A DNA stretch of 64,000 nucleotides, taken from the NCBI RefSeq assembly GCF_006345805.1, contig NC_042999.1:34782001-34846000 (forward strand), given 5' to 3'. Below the pieces are notes generated by a model. It saw nothing but the letters and a program-made list of their open reading frames with translations, was not told the origin of the DNA and did not search any database. The position numbers and the translations under genes were made by a program. Positions 14,354 to 29,095 of this stretch are shown piece by piece (position 1 is the first letter of the stretch; every line of letters begins with the position of its first letter). This stretch comes from Octopus sinensis (taxonomy: Eukaryota).

Positions 14354-14515
14354 GGCGCAGGAGTGGCTGTGTAGTAAGAAGCTTGCTTATCAACCACATG
14401 GTTCTCGGTTCAGTCCCACTGCGTGACAACTTGAGTAAATGTCTTCTACTATAGCCTCGGACCGACCAAAGCTTTGTGAGTGGATTTGGTAGACGGAAAC
14501 TGAAGAAGAAAGACG
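14354..14515 (+). mobile_element. tRNA-derived CORE-type SINE family B
   Basis: ggcgcaggagtggctgtgtagtaag...ggttcagtccc..gtgacaacttgagtaaatgtc; related copies at 19553 and 25320. Confidence 0.8.
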
Positions 14516-14548
<33 letters not shown>

Positions 14549-17254
14549 TATATATATATAAAGCAAAATATTGGGTCGAGCTCAAACGAGCCTTGACTAT
14601 GATTCTGTAACCGCGCCGCACATTAGATATAATATAAAAATATCGATTTTTTTTCGATTCTTTAAATTTCCATTAACTTTCTTAAACTTGGTCAAAATTA
14701 CATATACTTTATGTTAAAATATTCATTGTATTATAAGCTTTATTTTCATATACGTTTTATAGCAAAATAATTAGTAATTATAATAATAATGAAATCTTTT
14801 TAACATTGTATTCTCAAAAACATCTTCCTATTCACATTTGGCTCAGCTCACTATTTCCTCTTACTTATCCTCTCCCACTCTTCTTCTTTCTATGTTTGTT
14901 TACTCTCTCTACTACTTATTCTCCTCCCTTTTCTATCAGTCTTCCCCGATTTATATATTATCTTTCAATCTGTCTCTCTCTCTTTGTCTCTCTCTCTCTC
15001 CCTGTTAGTGACTCTCTCTTTCGCTCTCTGTCTTTCCCTCTGTCTCTTCTGGTTTTCTCTCTCCCGACCTTCCTCTTTTTGTGTATGTTTACTCTCTTTT
15101 CAAGTGAACAGAGGGATGTACATGTGTTATTATGTAAGACAACGTGGCCGTTCGTCCTGTTAGAAAAGCAGCCAGATTACCCTCAAATCACGTCCTTAGA
15201 AAAGTATCTTAGAAAAGATGCATTTGATGATGTATTTCTAGACATACATACTGTATCAGAATTATAGAATGGCTGGTCAAGCTGAAACATTTTTGATCGT
15301 AGGTCTGGTAGCTCACGACTGGACTAGGGCTAAATAATCAGATATATTTTGTGTACAAAGTAACGTATATATTTTTCTAACACATGTCTGTCATATGCAA
15401 ATTAAACGAATGTATTGGTCAAGCACTCTTCTACTTCCAGTCAAATGCTTCTACATGTGATTCTAACAGAAATGAAACTGTTAATTTTCATTTGTTAAAT
15501 AAATATATTGAAGTGGTGGTATACCCTTCACCCTTTAAAAATAAGATGTATTTGCTAATGAGAGGAGCATTTCAAAAAGTACAAAATGCAATTAATTTTT
15601 TTCTTTTGTTTTTCGATTCTAGTTTCTGAAACATTTTGGGCCCTGTGCCTAGAGTAGAAAAGAATATTTTTAATTAGTTATATATGATTTGTTTAGATCG
15701 CAGGTCCTGTTTAATTGTCACTAATGTTTCTTTTGTTGCATCTGATTATTTTATGTAACTTCAATTACGAACGACATATCCCTTACACATCCCTTCACAA
15801 GTTTCATTTCCCGAAATTATCAACTTATTTAATAATTTGCTATTATTCGTCAATAAATACGAAATATGGTATCAAAATTATTCTAATTCAGCCAGAGTTG
15901 CACCAAGTTTATACTATTTTCAAAATATATTTTCAAAAATTCCAGTTGCACGTCCCAGCAAGTACGAATCTCTTGCGATATAATTTTTATTTCTATTGGG
16001 TAGTGTAAAGGTAAAACCTGTAACCTTAGATCAACAGGCCCTCCGAAATAAACGTGAACAATGTGGGTAACGTTCGTCTTGAACAGCTACTAGTACACGG
16101 CAACAGAAAAAGATGGATAAGAAGAGAATTATATAGGAAAGGCATTTGGGAAGGAAGAACGGTTGTTGTAGATAATGAGAGATGTCAGTGCTTGGTCACA
16201 CTATAGTTAACAATACGGGAGAAAATGTATAGTTAAGAATATGAGAATCACCGAGTGGAGATGATACGAGATTTGCTCAGTTACGAGGGTCAGGGGATAC
16301 AAGTACTAGTAAGAAAGAATGAGGAGCCATTAAGTCACCGTATTGTTGGATGTTGGTCTGGTGAGGCCCTTGGCCATTTGGTTTTAGGCGCCCTACAATT
16401 TTATGTCATTTTCAACGGTTTGTATGTCTAATGTCAACGATATCACTGTGCATGATAGAACTAACAAACACACTTGGCTGCTGTTGACAAAATCACAAAT
16501 ACTATAAACAAGAGACATGTCCATTGTAAAAGCAAATGTAACATCGTAAATAATCTAAACACAAAGAAGATTTATGATTCCATATCAGTTTTGTATTTTC
16601 CAAAACAAGAATATTGCATATTGCATTACGTTAATAGCTTCCAGCAATTTGATAGTTTCTAACATGTTGTTGTTCATTCATTTAGATAATGCATTGCTGT
16701 TCACTACTTTTAGTTTATAAGAAGGCATATGATCAAAGTAATTTTCGAAAGGCAAATCTTTTAAAAAAATAGTTAATTAAAACATAATAAAGAGGGGTCC
16801 CTGTAAAAATCGGGGCCCCAAACAGTTTGAAAAGGCCCCAAATTGAAATAGGAAATTGGTAGACTCATAGAAACTCAGTTAAATAGAATGGATTTTTAAA
16901 ATTAAAAGGGCGCAATAAATGAGATTAGGGTTCAATAATATTAAAAGAACTCAGATTTTTTTAATGTAAACAAGTAAAAAAAATTACAAATTATTTATTT
17001 CGTTGCTGTATATATATATTTTTAATTTTTAACTCCAAGCTTTAGGTATCTCACAGTTAAATGGTCCTCTTGGGGTTGGACCATGCATAAATCGGGCCAT
17101 ATTAGCGTTGGGAGTAACTTCGTATCAATCAATAACTTGATTTATTTTTTATTTACAGTGTTGGCAGTATCAACCTGTAAAATCAGAACTGCATAATATA
17201 TTTCCTTTGCACACTGTCTAAATATGTGCGTGTATATATATATATATATATAAC

Positions 17255-17462
17255 GGCAAGCTTTATGAAAATAAACAAAAGACGAAGGCAGGTGGAATAC
17301 AAACAAACAATTGTATTAGTATGGCGCTCTGGAATATAAATAAAGCAAGTCTTTTACGTTTCGAGCCTACGCTCTTCAACAGAAAGATACACAGAAAAGA
17401 AACTCGGAGAGAAACAAGGAGAGAAAAAAATGCGTGCAGAAGCTAGCGAATCAACATGGCGA
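17255..17462 (-). mobile_element. Solo PLE pseudo-LTR fragment in (TA)n
   Basis: Homologous to 6500-6670 and to the reverse complement of 58030-58200; flanked by (TA)n. Confidence 0.7.
17350..17387 (-). ncRNA. Hammerhead-like motif with atypical CUGUUGAA core
   Basis: tcttt-CUGUUGAA-gagc(gtag)gctc-GAAA-cg-UA-aaaga. Confidence 0.55.
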
Positions 17463-18236
17463 TATATATAAAGATTATATGTATTAAGAGTAATGTAAAA
17501 AATATATAAAGCTTAAGCAAATTAACACCAAATATATAGTGGGTGTGATTTTATTGGCTAAACTGGCAAAAGACCATTTCTAAATACAACAACATATATA
17601 TATTATTTTCGTACCGAAGAATGATAAATTGAAAACAGCTCGTTTTATATTTCATGGAGTAGATAAGATCCGGGTTACATATGTTCCATAGCGAGCGGAA
17701 CCTTCGAAGTAGTAAATATCCAAGCGAGTTGTATACCCGATGCTACTCTTCAGGTTAAAGATATCTTGATTAAATGAAAGTTTACATTGCCTGGTTCGTT
17801 TTTCTAGCATTAACATTTTGTTAGCATATTTTAGTTGCATACGGTTGAATTCTAAAGTTTCATATATGAACATATATAACTGTGTATAAATATGATAAAG
17901 TATATTTTTTGTCTCTTTGCTTATTTCGTGTATCACGATTTTTTTTAAAAAGACTATATTTTAGCAAATTTTTTTAGCATATTTTAGTGACACACGGTTG
18001 CATTGAAAAGTTTCATATATGAACATATATAACTCTATTTAAACATAAAAACCTAAAACATTTTTGTATTTTTAGTTAATCAGTCTATTAGTTTTTTGGG
18101 GGTTTTTTTAAAGAAAACTATACTCTAGTAACCTACCGTTTCATTCTGCAACAGTCCTATATGAACCTACCCAAATACATGTAGCGTTCTCATCCGGTTC
18201 TTTTTTGGTATAGGTTCCATGTTTGTGTTCATGAGG

Positions 18237-18272
<36 letters not shown>

Positions 18273-18305
18273 CAGATAGACAGATAGACAGACAGACAGA
18301 CAGAC

Positions 18306-18388
<83 letters not shown>

Positions 18389-18393
18389 TAGAC

Positions 18394-18476
<83 letters not shown>

Positions 18477-18488
18477 CAGACAGATAGA
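18237..18488. repeat. (GATA)n/(GACA)n compound microsatellite
   Basis: Seen directly. Confidence 0.95.
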
Positions 18489-19336
18489 TGTGTGTGATAT
18501 GTGTATGTGCGTATATGTGTGACTGTTGGCATATGTATAGATGTATGTATACATGCGTGTGTATGTATACAAGTAGACATACGTGTATGCGTGTGTCCAC
18601 TCATCTACCGTCGTTGAATGTGTCATAGACCCTGAGTGAATTAGATATAGAATGCATCAAAAGAGTACACCCCGTCCTAATCTTAAAGTAACTATCATGA
18701 TTGACTTTTAATGTAGTATTCTTCTGACCATAAATTGTAAGGATTACGGCTGAAATTGACCAAGTAGGCGAGGGTCCCGATCTCTTTGATGGGTGTATGT
18801 GCGAATATGTGTGTATGTGAATTTATGTGTATATGCCAATATGCATCCCAACCTACACACTTTCGACTGCATACATATTTTTTTTATTTTCATTTTCTCT
18901 TCCTTTTTCTAGTATCATTTCCTCGTTTTAAACTTAATGTAACTTAACCCCTCCTTTCCCATCTCCTTTTATCCTTCCTTTTCATTTCTTTCCTATCTAC
19001 AGATATATGTTTATATTTTTAAATGTTTACTGTTTTTGTTACAGAAACTTAATAGTAATGGAAACTGTAGCAATGCTTCATTCCGTGATTCGACGGCCAA
19101 ATAACAACATGACCGTCCAAAACTCAAGATCTTTAGCGAGACACCACTTCATATATGGATGGACCTGATGTAACCCAGATTGCAAAATAGTTGCACTGCA
19201 TGTTGCAAGGTGTCCCACCTATAAGGGACGGTAGCAGGATGGGTCGAAGCAATCGTACAAAATAAAAATGAATGCCAAATCCATATTCTGGTTAATTAAT
19301 TAATGTGTGTGTACAGAGTATGTATGTAAATATGTG

Positions 19337-19371
<35 letters not shown>

Positions 19372-19552
19372 ATACATATATATATGTGTGTGTGAGAGTT
19401 TGTCTTTCTGTGTACGTATATATATTTTTTCGTCATTAAAATGACGTCTATACTTGTTTCCTTTTGGTTAATTGCGAGTAGCCACCTTAATAATTTATGT
19501 GTATAGATATGTATATGTATGTATGTAAATATATATACGTGCGTATGTATTA

Positions 19553-19672
19553 TCAACCATATGTATTACAAGCCACATGGATCCGGGTTCAGTCCCACCG
19601 CGTAACACGTTGGGCAACTGTCTTCTACTAAAGCCTTGGCCTGACCAAAACTTTCTGAGGCCCGTCTTATGT

Positions 19673-19742
<70 letters not shown>

Positions 19743-20000
19743 GTGTGTGTATATATGTGTGTGGATGCATGTATGTAAGTATATATATATGTTTGTGTGT
19801 CTGTGTTTGTCCCCCTACCATCGCTTGACAACGGATGTTGGTGCGTTTACGTCCACGTAACATAGCGGTTCAGCAAAAGAGACCGATAGAATAAGTACTA
19901 GATTTACAAAGAATAAGTCCTGGGGTCAAATGTTCGACTAAACATGCGGTGCTCCAGCATGGTGGAAGTCAAAATTCTGAAACAAATACAAGAATTAAAG
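19553..20000 (+). mobile_element. SINE family B with internal microsatellite and 3' segment
   Basis: ccacatggatccgggttcagtcccaccgcgtaacacgttgggcaactgtc; the 3' segment gatagaataagtactag..agaataagtcctggggtc is shared with 25440-25560. Confidence 0.75.
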
Positions 20001-20021
20001 AATACATACATGTATGTATAC

Positions 20022-20075
<54 letters not shown>

Positions 20076-20164
20076 ATGTATGTATGTGTATATATATGTG
20101 AATATGTATATGTTTATATATATATGCATGTATGTGTGAGTGTATGTGTGTGTGTGTATAGCAC

Positions 20165-21814
20165 TTCGTTAACCAGTGGGCTGACTTCTATACTTAACTT
20201 TGGGACATGCCGAAATTAAATGACCTGGCCTCCTACAATACGCATAAACTCGACCAAAACCAGTGGAAGTCCTAAAATTAGACCGAGGCGGATGCCCACC
20301 GCTTGTCCAAAAGATTTAAACTCGTCCCATTTCCACTGGAATGTGCATAATCTGAAGTGCCCTCGGGGGAAAGCACTTATGAACAGAAGACGACGACCTC
20401 GATGATCGGAAAGAAATCCTATGAGTCAAATGATACTCATCTGCTAATATAGAATTTTGTAAAATATCAACTTTTTGTTCATCTAAATAAACCTTGTGGT
20501 CGGAAAGAATAGTTTGTTTAAAATCTTCCATTAAAATTAGGTGTTTTGAACTATCAAAGTCCATCACTTACCTAGAATTACACCACCTATCAAATAGAGT
20601 TTCTTTCTCCCTAGCAAACTTTTCAAAAGTCTCATTGTCCTTCTTCTGAGCACTCCTAAACTTTTTACAATCAGTATCGGACACTAGATCGTAAGCTTTC
20701 AGAAGGGTTCTCTTTACCAGATCATATTCCGAACTTTGTCCCACAGTTAAAGCCGAAAATGTGTCTTGTGCCTTACCTTTTAACAACGTTTGCAGCAGCA
20801 TAGTCCATGATTCCTTGGGCCACTTCAGGTTTTCAGCAACCTTTTCGAAATGCAGGAAATAGTTATCCACCTCTTTGTCATTGAATGTGGGAATCATATG
20901 GTGAGCCTCGCAACATCCAAAGAGGAAGGGTGTGAGGGAGGAAAAGAATTTTCCTTTTTAAATTCAATTTCTTTTTCTAATTTCAGCCTTTAAAACTCGA
21001 TTTCTTTTTCTAATACTAATTTTTCAAGTTGAATTTCTTTTTCTGATTTTTTTCCAACTTTAATCGGATCTCATACTTTCTTATCACCAAATTGTCTCCT
21101 ATCTCTAAATGGTATCTAAAACATCCTGTTCGTAGATTACTTCGTCGATGAAGTGATTCAAAGCAAATTTGAGAATTTGAGATTTTCTCATGCAGGGTTT
21201 AAATTCAAGTTTAAAATATGTAGAAAATTTTAACAGATCCGACTTGTGTAAACCACTGGCGGTTTCCACTGTAGGAGATTTAAGAAAATCCTCTAATTTA
21301 AATGCCATTATGTTATTTTGGTGTCATAATTTTTTGTAGAAGAAAAGTAAGTCTATGCAGAATTCAACCGTTCAGTTTCATGATACCTCGCAGAATTCGA
21401 TCCGTTCAGCTCCTGGACGACTCTCAGATTTGAGCTCGGATGAGCTCCCAAGTTTGGTAGGGGTTAGACAAACGAATCAGAAAGTAATAAGCATGGAAAT
21501 AACAATAAACCCGATTCTAGATTCAACTATATATTTAGTAGAGGTGAATGGCATAAAACACACGGATCGAAAGCAGCTCAAAACTGTTATAATCAGTTGA
21601 ATCCCAAAGCACAAGTCGTAACAGAACCTCAGAGCTCAAGCGCAGAGCTGTAACAAATAGTTCACTGTATATATCAGTTCTTAAAGACACATGGAGTTCC
21701 TTGATTCACTGCAAATCCTTAAAGGTGATCAAAATAAGAGGGAGGTCACTCTAACCGTTTTCTTCTTTTGCTGTTGTTTACTATTTACTGTTTATGTCGT
21801 TAGTAGTAGTAACA
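20165..21814 (-). mobile_element. Gypsy (Gmr1-like, SCAN-domain gag) LTR retrotransposon 5' remnant
   Basis: Disrupted gag 21308-20165: IPTFNDKEVDNYFLHFEKVA..WPKESW..LKGKAQ..LLKAYDL..KFR, LMEDFK..ADEY, knuckle AYCRRPGHLISAC. Putative LTR ~21455-21814 beginning TGTT. Confidence 0.85.
21433..21450 (-). promoter_or_regulatory. Primer binding site, tRNA-Pro type
   Basis: tgggagctcatccgagct resembles the canonical TGGGGGCTCGTCCGGGAT and lies just upstream of gag. Confidence 0.65.
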
Positions 21815-22449
21815 AAGAGGGACATACCACTCTGAAAACAATGGGAACTGTTGCAGGTACCTTCCTTATCTCCTGTCAACTACCGTTTGCAAAGGAGGAG
21901 TTAAAAGGGTCAAGTGGAGGTTACAAAAATTGCCTTGCTTTGTCCATGTGTTGCATGTCTCAGCTGTCTCTCCGTGAGAAAGTGCTGTGGTACGCTAAAA
22001 GGGAATCCTCTAAATTCATGTTCGAATCAATATGCCTAAATGGAAATCCACTTTTTTTCCCTCCAAGTAAAATACATTTGTAACAATTTATATGCATGTG
22101 TGCGTCTGTGTATGCGTGTGTGTGCGCGGGCATTAATATGTACATAGATATGTGTGTGTCTCTGTGTGTGTGTATCTAATTTGCACATTGCTATACGTGT
22201 TACAGGTTTGAGGTAGGTTTTTTTAGAGCTATAACTAAACAAGAAACAGAATATCCATTTACTTTTCAGCAAGAAAATGCTGACCTGCAGCTTACTGTTT
22301 TACTGCCGAAGTGCTTTCTCAAAGAAATTTATTATTCATATATATACATGCACACTCACAAACACACATATATGCGTGTGTATTTATATCGGATTCATGC
22401 ACAGACACGAACATACACTCAAATACATCTACATATATAGTTAATCCAA

Positions 22450-22800
22450 AAATGAAAACACAAAGAGAAAACACATCACGAGGACGTAGAACAAGTATAG
22501 TGTTATTGGACGCTCAGGAAAGGAAAGATAGAAGAAGGATTTAACTTTTCTTCGTCAGAAAAATAGGAAACGGAAAGGTCCAAGGAAGGGAAGACGGGGA
22601 AAGAAAATCGCCAACGATACACACGCGGTCACATGTTGAATGACCGGAAGGGAAATGGGTGAAGAAAAAGTTCTTTCAAAGACAGGAGAGTGCAAGAGAA
22701 GGAGGTATGTGTGCGTATGTGCGTGCGCGCAAGTCTGTGTGTTTGATAGCACATGCGGCTGTGTGTGTGTGTGTGTGTAATAATAGCACGTGTGTGTGTG
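22450..22800 (-). mobile_element. Decayed PLE pseudo-LTR
   Basis: Layout resembles the 17270 and 6500 copies; ctgacgaag..aagttaa hammerhead relic with stem II deleted at ~22541-22560. Confidence 0.5.
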
Positions 22801-23105
22801 TGTAGTTGTGGCTGTTAATCTATGTGTGGCTGGGCTTACAAGCACACATATATATAATAATAAACACACATATATACATATATATATACATACACAGACT
22901 GACGCATACACACACAAAACGCATGCATATGGACGCATGATCATTCGATTACTAATTTCCATTAACAACCGTACTTTCACAAGTTTCATTCCGTTGTATT
23001 ACACCTGGTGAAAATGTATTTTAGTACTATAACTTTAGTTTAGTGCATCTCCCGGACACTAAAATTTAGAAGAAATTGGTGGAAGCCCAACGATTGCATC
23101 TTCAC

Positions 23106-23136
<31 letters not shown>

Positions 23137-23799
23137 TGTATGTATGTATGTATTTATGTATGTATGTATGTATGTATGAATGTATGTATGTATGTATATA
23201 TGTATGTATGTATGTTTGTATGTATGCATTTATGTATGTATGTATGTATGTATGTATGTATGTATGTATGTATGTATGTATGTATATGTATGTGTGTATG
23301 TATGTATGCATCCATATATGTATGAATGTATGTATTCTATATACTGTGCATGAACAGTACTGTTCCTGACAACATATACTTTATTTTACACTGTTAATTG
23401 GTTTAGGAAACGTATTGAGACTACAACATTTCTCTGTGCTTCCAGGATTATGTTAAATCGCCGAAGATGTATATAGCTTGTCTAATGTTAAAGTAGATGT
23501 CTATACAACACCACTTTACATTTGTTTTAAAACCTGAGGAAATACACCGCTCAGCTGAATCTTTTAGAATCTTAAACGTCCCAAATACTTTGTTCTGTTG
23601 CTGTGCTGTATCAATGTCACTTTTGTCACTATACATTGGCAACTAGTTCCATTGTTGATGTGTCAACAGTATACAGGAAGCTGAAAGGAATATACTTGAA
23701 ACACAATAATCAATATCTTCATATCTTTTCTACTATATTCAATGTTCTTAACAATTGCTCTCCTTCAGGGATACCGATACACTAATTTATTGTCGTGCG

Positions 23800-24590
23800 T
23801 GAAGAGAGAGGTGGCTGGGTGAAGGAGGAACTACTTCAATATGAATAGTCCAACAAACGGGAAAACAGTAAGAAATTATCGACCAGTCACGTCTCTCGGT
23901 CTGCTTTGAAAATTGTTAACAGGTATTTTTTCCGACTAAAAAGTATACAGTAATTTGATGCAAAACAAATGACTCTTTATTGAACAGGAGTACAAGAAAT
24001 ATTTAATGGATACCAAAGACTATCAGACGATTAATAAAATGGTATTAAAGAACTTTCAAGTGACGGCAGACTTAGCTGCGGGTAGCGTGAGACAACTTCA
24101 AAAGGATTTAAAAGGTGATGCCGCATTATTGGGTTGTGGAGATACTTGGAATGTTTATAATTGAAAACTTTATCAACGCCTCACTGCAAGTTTGATGCAT
24201 TAGAAAATTATGTTGATGATGAACATATTATCACCGAGAAGTTTAGCAGTTAAAAGAGGTAGTGTTCGTGGCCAATTTTCCCCTTTGTGATTTCTTATCG
24301 CGCTGGAACCCATCTCAATGGCGCTTAGAAGTGAACATTGGCTGCAAACTACTAGGAAGCTCACCTGTAAATCATCTATTTTTCATAGTTGGCTAAAAGA
24401 AATGTGAAAAGTGTGAGAAAGAGGTCAATTCACTTGTTATACAGTAAAGGCATATTTAGTTATATTGAAATGGTGTTTGGATCAACCACAAATGTTGCAA
24501 TAAGTACAAACAAGAAAACTAATGACCCTCATTGCAGAGAAAGACATAGAAGCGGAGCGACGTCTTCGGGTCCAACACTTTCAAGGTGCC
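23800..24590 (+). mobile_element. R4/Dong RT remnant
   Basis: NYRPVTSL..KLLTGIF, PHYWVVEIL, VKRG..FSPL, VNHLFF, with many stops and frameshifts. Confidence 0.65.
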
Positions 24591-24592
24591 AC

Positions 24593-24858
24593 ATTGAGCG
24601 AAAACACCTAAAGATTCATGAGGCTCTGGCAGGGGGTGAAGGTGAACCTTCTGTGCTCCTCCACCACAACTTTCATTCTTTCTTACTGTGTCTGTTGTAC
24701 CTATATTTCAAAGGGCCACGCTGAATCTCCCCGAGAACTACGTTAAGGGCTCACGGGTCTGTGGAGTGCTTAGCCACTTACACGTTAATTTCATGAGCAG
24801 GCTGTTCCGTTGATCGGATCGACTGAAACCCTCGTCGTCGTAACCGACGGAGTGCCAC
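24593..24858 (+). mobile_element. 5'-truncated SINE, family C body with tail 2
   Basis: attgagcgaaaacacctaaag..gaggctctggcagggggtg matches 38677-38725; the downstream tail differs. Confidence 0.7.
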
Positions 24859-25319
24859 GATAATATGATATTAGGTGCTTTTTCTTTCCTTCTTGAACAT
24901 CAACAAAAATTCTTTATAAGAGAGCTACAAATTAATTTAGTCTGCGGAAGTTGAATGGAAGTTTGAGACGTGAACCACACCTAAGATCAAACAACTAAAC
25001 AACAGTTGAAAGTCAATGGAACTTTTGAAAACACAAATTATCAGAATGTCATTTCTTTCGGTACTACATGTAATATAGAACCAGGTGATTTGTATACAAA
25101 AGTGACATGCGAAAAAGTGTTATAAGAATGATTTATTGACTTCGTCGGGAATAACTTTGTCTTAGAAAGTTTTGATAATATTTCATGTGACAACATATGA
25201 TAATACTACTTCATTATCAATGATGTAATTTTTTATTAGTTGCATATATCATATGAGTATATTTATTAACAAAGTTATTATTCTTTTGTTTTGATACAGC
25301 AGTTATATAATTCAAACAT

Positions 25320-25580
25320 AAGGCGTGGCTTTCTTAAGAGCTTGCTTCCCAATCGCATGGTTCTATGTTCAGTTCCACTCTGTGGCACCTTGGGCGAGTA
25401 TAGCCTCGGGATGATCGATCTTGATGTGTTTACATCTCCGTAACATAGCAGTTCGTCACAAAGAAACCCATAGAATAAGTACGAGGCTTACAAAGAATAA
25501 GTCCGGGGATCGATTTCTTCGAATAAAAGACAGTGCTACAGCATGGTCACAGTGAAAATTAGTGACACAAGTAAAAGGTA
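25320..25580 (+). mobile_element. SINE family B, internally deleted
   Basis: gttcagttccactctgtggcaccttgggcgagt plus the shared 3' segment. Confidence 0.7.
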
Positions 25581-26955
25581 AAGAATATATCATATTGATA
25601 AGCAACATCAAGTATATAGGAAATATATATTTATGCCAATGAGCAGTAATCAATCCTTCTAAAGAATACACCGCATTAACCTGTTGCATTTATATTCAAC
25701 GAACTGTTTTCTGCATTTTTTCTATCAGCTCTGAATGTAATAATCTGATACCTTTGTATGTCTTTTGCTGTGATTGGATGACTTTATAACGTTGCTGTGT
25801 CAAAACCTACACAAAATTTCACCCTATTTTTGAGTCTACCATTGTTTTCTTTTTAATTCCAAGATAAAATATATCGTCAGTTACAACAGTTCGTAGTAAA
25901 AGAGTGTTGATTTTTACTGTTCACTACGAAGTAATTGAAATAGAGGATATTCTAGAATAGTATATCCTTTATAGTATACTGAGGTTATACTAATATAGTC
26001 TATCCTAATTTCAACAGTATAAATGTAATTAAATCTACTTAAAAAAGCAGTTAAAATTATTTTAGTGGCAATGATACAAATTGGTGATTATAATTAGTTA
26101 ACTTATGAAATATTACAAGATCGTTCCACTTATCTGGTAGAAGGTTGACATCTCTATATTAGAATGGAGAAGCTGCTAATTAATTAGGTAGCAGTAACTG
26201 AAAATACTAAAAGAATGCAATTATTAAAGGATTGACCATTTGGAATTTTTTTTTATAACTTCATGTTCCAAGAAATTTCCTATAATTTCGATTTCTGAAG
26301 TTTATTCAATTTTTGAAATCCAGTGTTCATAAATTTAAACATTCGCTTCATTCGCTGCATCCATTTTTTTACAAATTTAAATATTGTTTGCATTCACTGC
26401 AAAGAAGGTGTTTATGTTTAATAATAAACAATATTAATTCGCTTCAGGCGACATTTACCGTTTTCATTTGCGACAGTCTCTCACTCTCTCTCTCTCTCGC
26501 CTCTATTTTTATTAATGATAATTTAATATATATTCATTTCAATGATTTCATTTCCAGTTTTAATTCGGTATTTGCAAAACACTCAGTTTATTCTATATAC
26601 GTAATGTAAATAAAGATATTTATTGAATGAATGCATTCTATTAGAAATATTAGGTGTGTAACTTTGATACAGCGCACAATTTCAAGAATATCATCAGTTT
26701 ACGGAGTTTGTTAAAAGAATATTTTTGATAAAATGAATTTTTTCGTACAACGGCATAATCTTTTTTTTAATTAAGAAGTGATCTTCTTGCTATGGCTGCT
26801 TACAATAATAACTTATAAACCTTACAATAATAACTAACTATGTGATTGCTGCTATTTCTAGCACGTTAAACTAGTTTTAACGAGCTTTTACTTATATGAT
26901 TTTTTTCATTTCATGTTTATTTCGTTCTTTGTTTGCAATGTTCTCTCTCCCTCTC

Positions 26956-27002
<47 letters not shown>

Positions 27003-27079
27003 CGCAATCACTCACTCACTCACCGTCTCTCTTATGTAATACAAATATCACACTAGAATTTTGCAATTCAACATGGGGC

Positions 27080-28685
27080 GCCCAAAACAATATGCGACTG
27101 AAAAATAATATTTAGCAGCAAAGGCACGAGAGCAGGGAGGCAGCCGGGCAAACGAATTGGTTGAAATGAGAGCAAAGCGCCTGAAACAACTGTCTGAAGT
27201 TGAACAGAGACATAGACATGATTCTTTTTCCGCTACACATAACCGACTGGTTAGGGTATCTCGAAAGGAGAATGTTCTACTTCAAAATAAGACACTGAGA
27301 CAGCTTTCACCGTCTGTGACTGTTCCGCTGCCTAATAATATCAAATAAGAAGCCTTCTAAACATCAGTGAAGTACAAAGAGAAACACTAGTGCTAACAAA
27401 CAGATGAAACCTAATATTTAGAACAGGAGTAAAGACGACCAAATTTTCACACTAGGAAGAATTATGTTAAAGGATTAAAGCCATTTAAAGCCAGTTTCAA
27501 TAATTTTGAAGAACAGGCTGTCCTGTCTATTGTAAAGCTACATAATGCAGGAAATCTTTTTGACAATGTTTGTTTATACTGCAAAGCTTTCAAATGGACT
27601 GCTAAACTGAAATCTCTATGTTGCTTTGAGGGGAAGGTAAAACTTGACAAACTACTTCTCGCTCCACCAAATATTCTTAGCTACTTCGATGTTAGACAAA
27701 AAGGAAACAGTAGTCTCATGCAAAATATATAGGTTGCAGAGAAATCAGAGCTCCAGGATTTGGTCCTACATTTAAGGTGCAGGGAAAAGTTTATCACATG
27801 ACTGGATCGCTACTTCCCAATGACAACAACCCAAAATTTGCTCAAAACTACTTCTGTGATTCAGAAAATGAACTTGAGAGTCGTCTACGGCATAGAAATT
27901 GAAACAATGAGATTTTCAAAGCAATACAAGATCACTTCCACCAAAGAATGCATATATACGTAGTTTTAGATCAGCTATTGAAACTGAAGCTTTAAAGGAT
28001 TTCGATATTGTTCACAAAAGATATGGTAGTCTACAAACAATATATCAGTCGCATCGATCATACGATCCTCGGCATTATGTACTGATATTTCCCCGAGGGA
28101 AAGATGAATTTCAGACAGGTTTGAAAAGGGGAAACAATCGCAAACTTTCTTTCGCCGAGTTCTATTATTATCGTTTTCAAGTTAAGGAAGTGGCTTCAAA
28201 ATTGAGATGAAAACAGGCGACTAATTCAACAATATGCTGTAGGTGCTCAGGCTAAAGTAGAGAACAGTCGTTTGACTTAGGCCAAAAATAATCTATCCGT
28301 TATACGAGCAGAAAAGCATCGGGGTCTATACGATACACTAAATAAGAATGACGCAATTAATGCAGGTAGACGAGTTGTCTTTCCTTCTTCAACCTATGGT
28401 TCTCCTAGCTTTTACAATGATTGCTTACAGAATTCAATGACTGTGGTTCGACACAAGGGAAAACCTACTTATTTCATTACAATTATAACTAATCCTAACT
28501 GGGATGAAAAAGAAAAACGGGCTGAATCCTGGTGATGTACCTGAGACTGTCCAGATATTTATGCAAGCGGTTTCATGATAAAATATGACAGTCTCAAACA
28601 TAATGTACCCGGTAAAGTTGTTGCTCACTCTGCTACCATTCAATGGCAGAAATGAGGCCTCACCCACGCTCACATTCTGCTCATA
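27080..28685 (+). mobile_element. Helitron RepHel pseudogene (Rep N-terminal part)
   Basis: FKVQGKVYHMTGSLLP..PKFAQ, SYDPRHYVLIFPRG, LIQQYAV..AKVENSRL, GRRVVFPSSTYGSP, GKPTYFITITTNPNW, QWQK*GLTHAHILL (HUH motif). Confidence 0.9.
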
Positions 28686-28888
28686 TGTATGGAATTAATA
28701 CATAAAATATATGCAAAGTAACTTATCTTTGTGAGACATTAAATTGCTTTGAGCATATTTCAACAGATGCCTGATAAATGATATCGTTATACTGGATCAT
28801 TTTCAATTTGGGTATATTTCAAGAAGGAAGGAAACGCCACCCTCATGAGTTCTAACAGCATCAAACTTGTGTGTGTGTGTGTATGTAA

Positions 28889-28936
<48 letters not shown>

Positions 28937-29009
28937 TTATATAAGTTCTATCAATTATTAATGATAAATATATATAGCAGATTGACTCAGCTACATTCTA
29001 CGTACAAAT

Positions 29010-29058
29010 TTCTGTGATGTCCGTTAGTTAGTTAGTTAGTAGTTAGTTAGTTAGTTAA

Positions 29059-29095
<37 letters not shown>

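Noticed and set aside
17817-18033. ~65-bp direct repeat pair about 152 bp apart
   Set aside because: Looks like an ordinary old local duplication; no LTR ends or TSD.
19215-19262. ctataagggac..gtcgaagcaatcgta, possible decayed hammerhead
   Set aside because: Too many core mismatches to distinguish from chance.
23448-23642. FKILKDSAERCI resembling a transposase C-terminal motif
   Set aside because: A single short motif with no supporting context.
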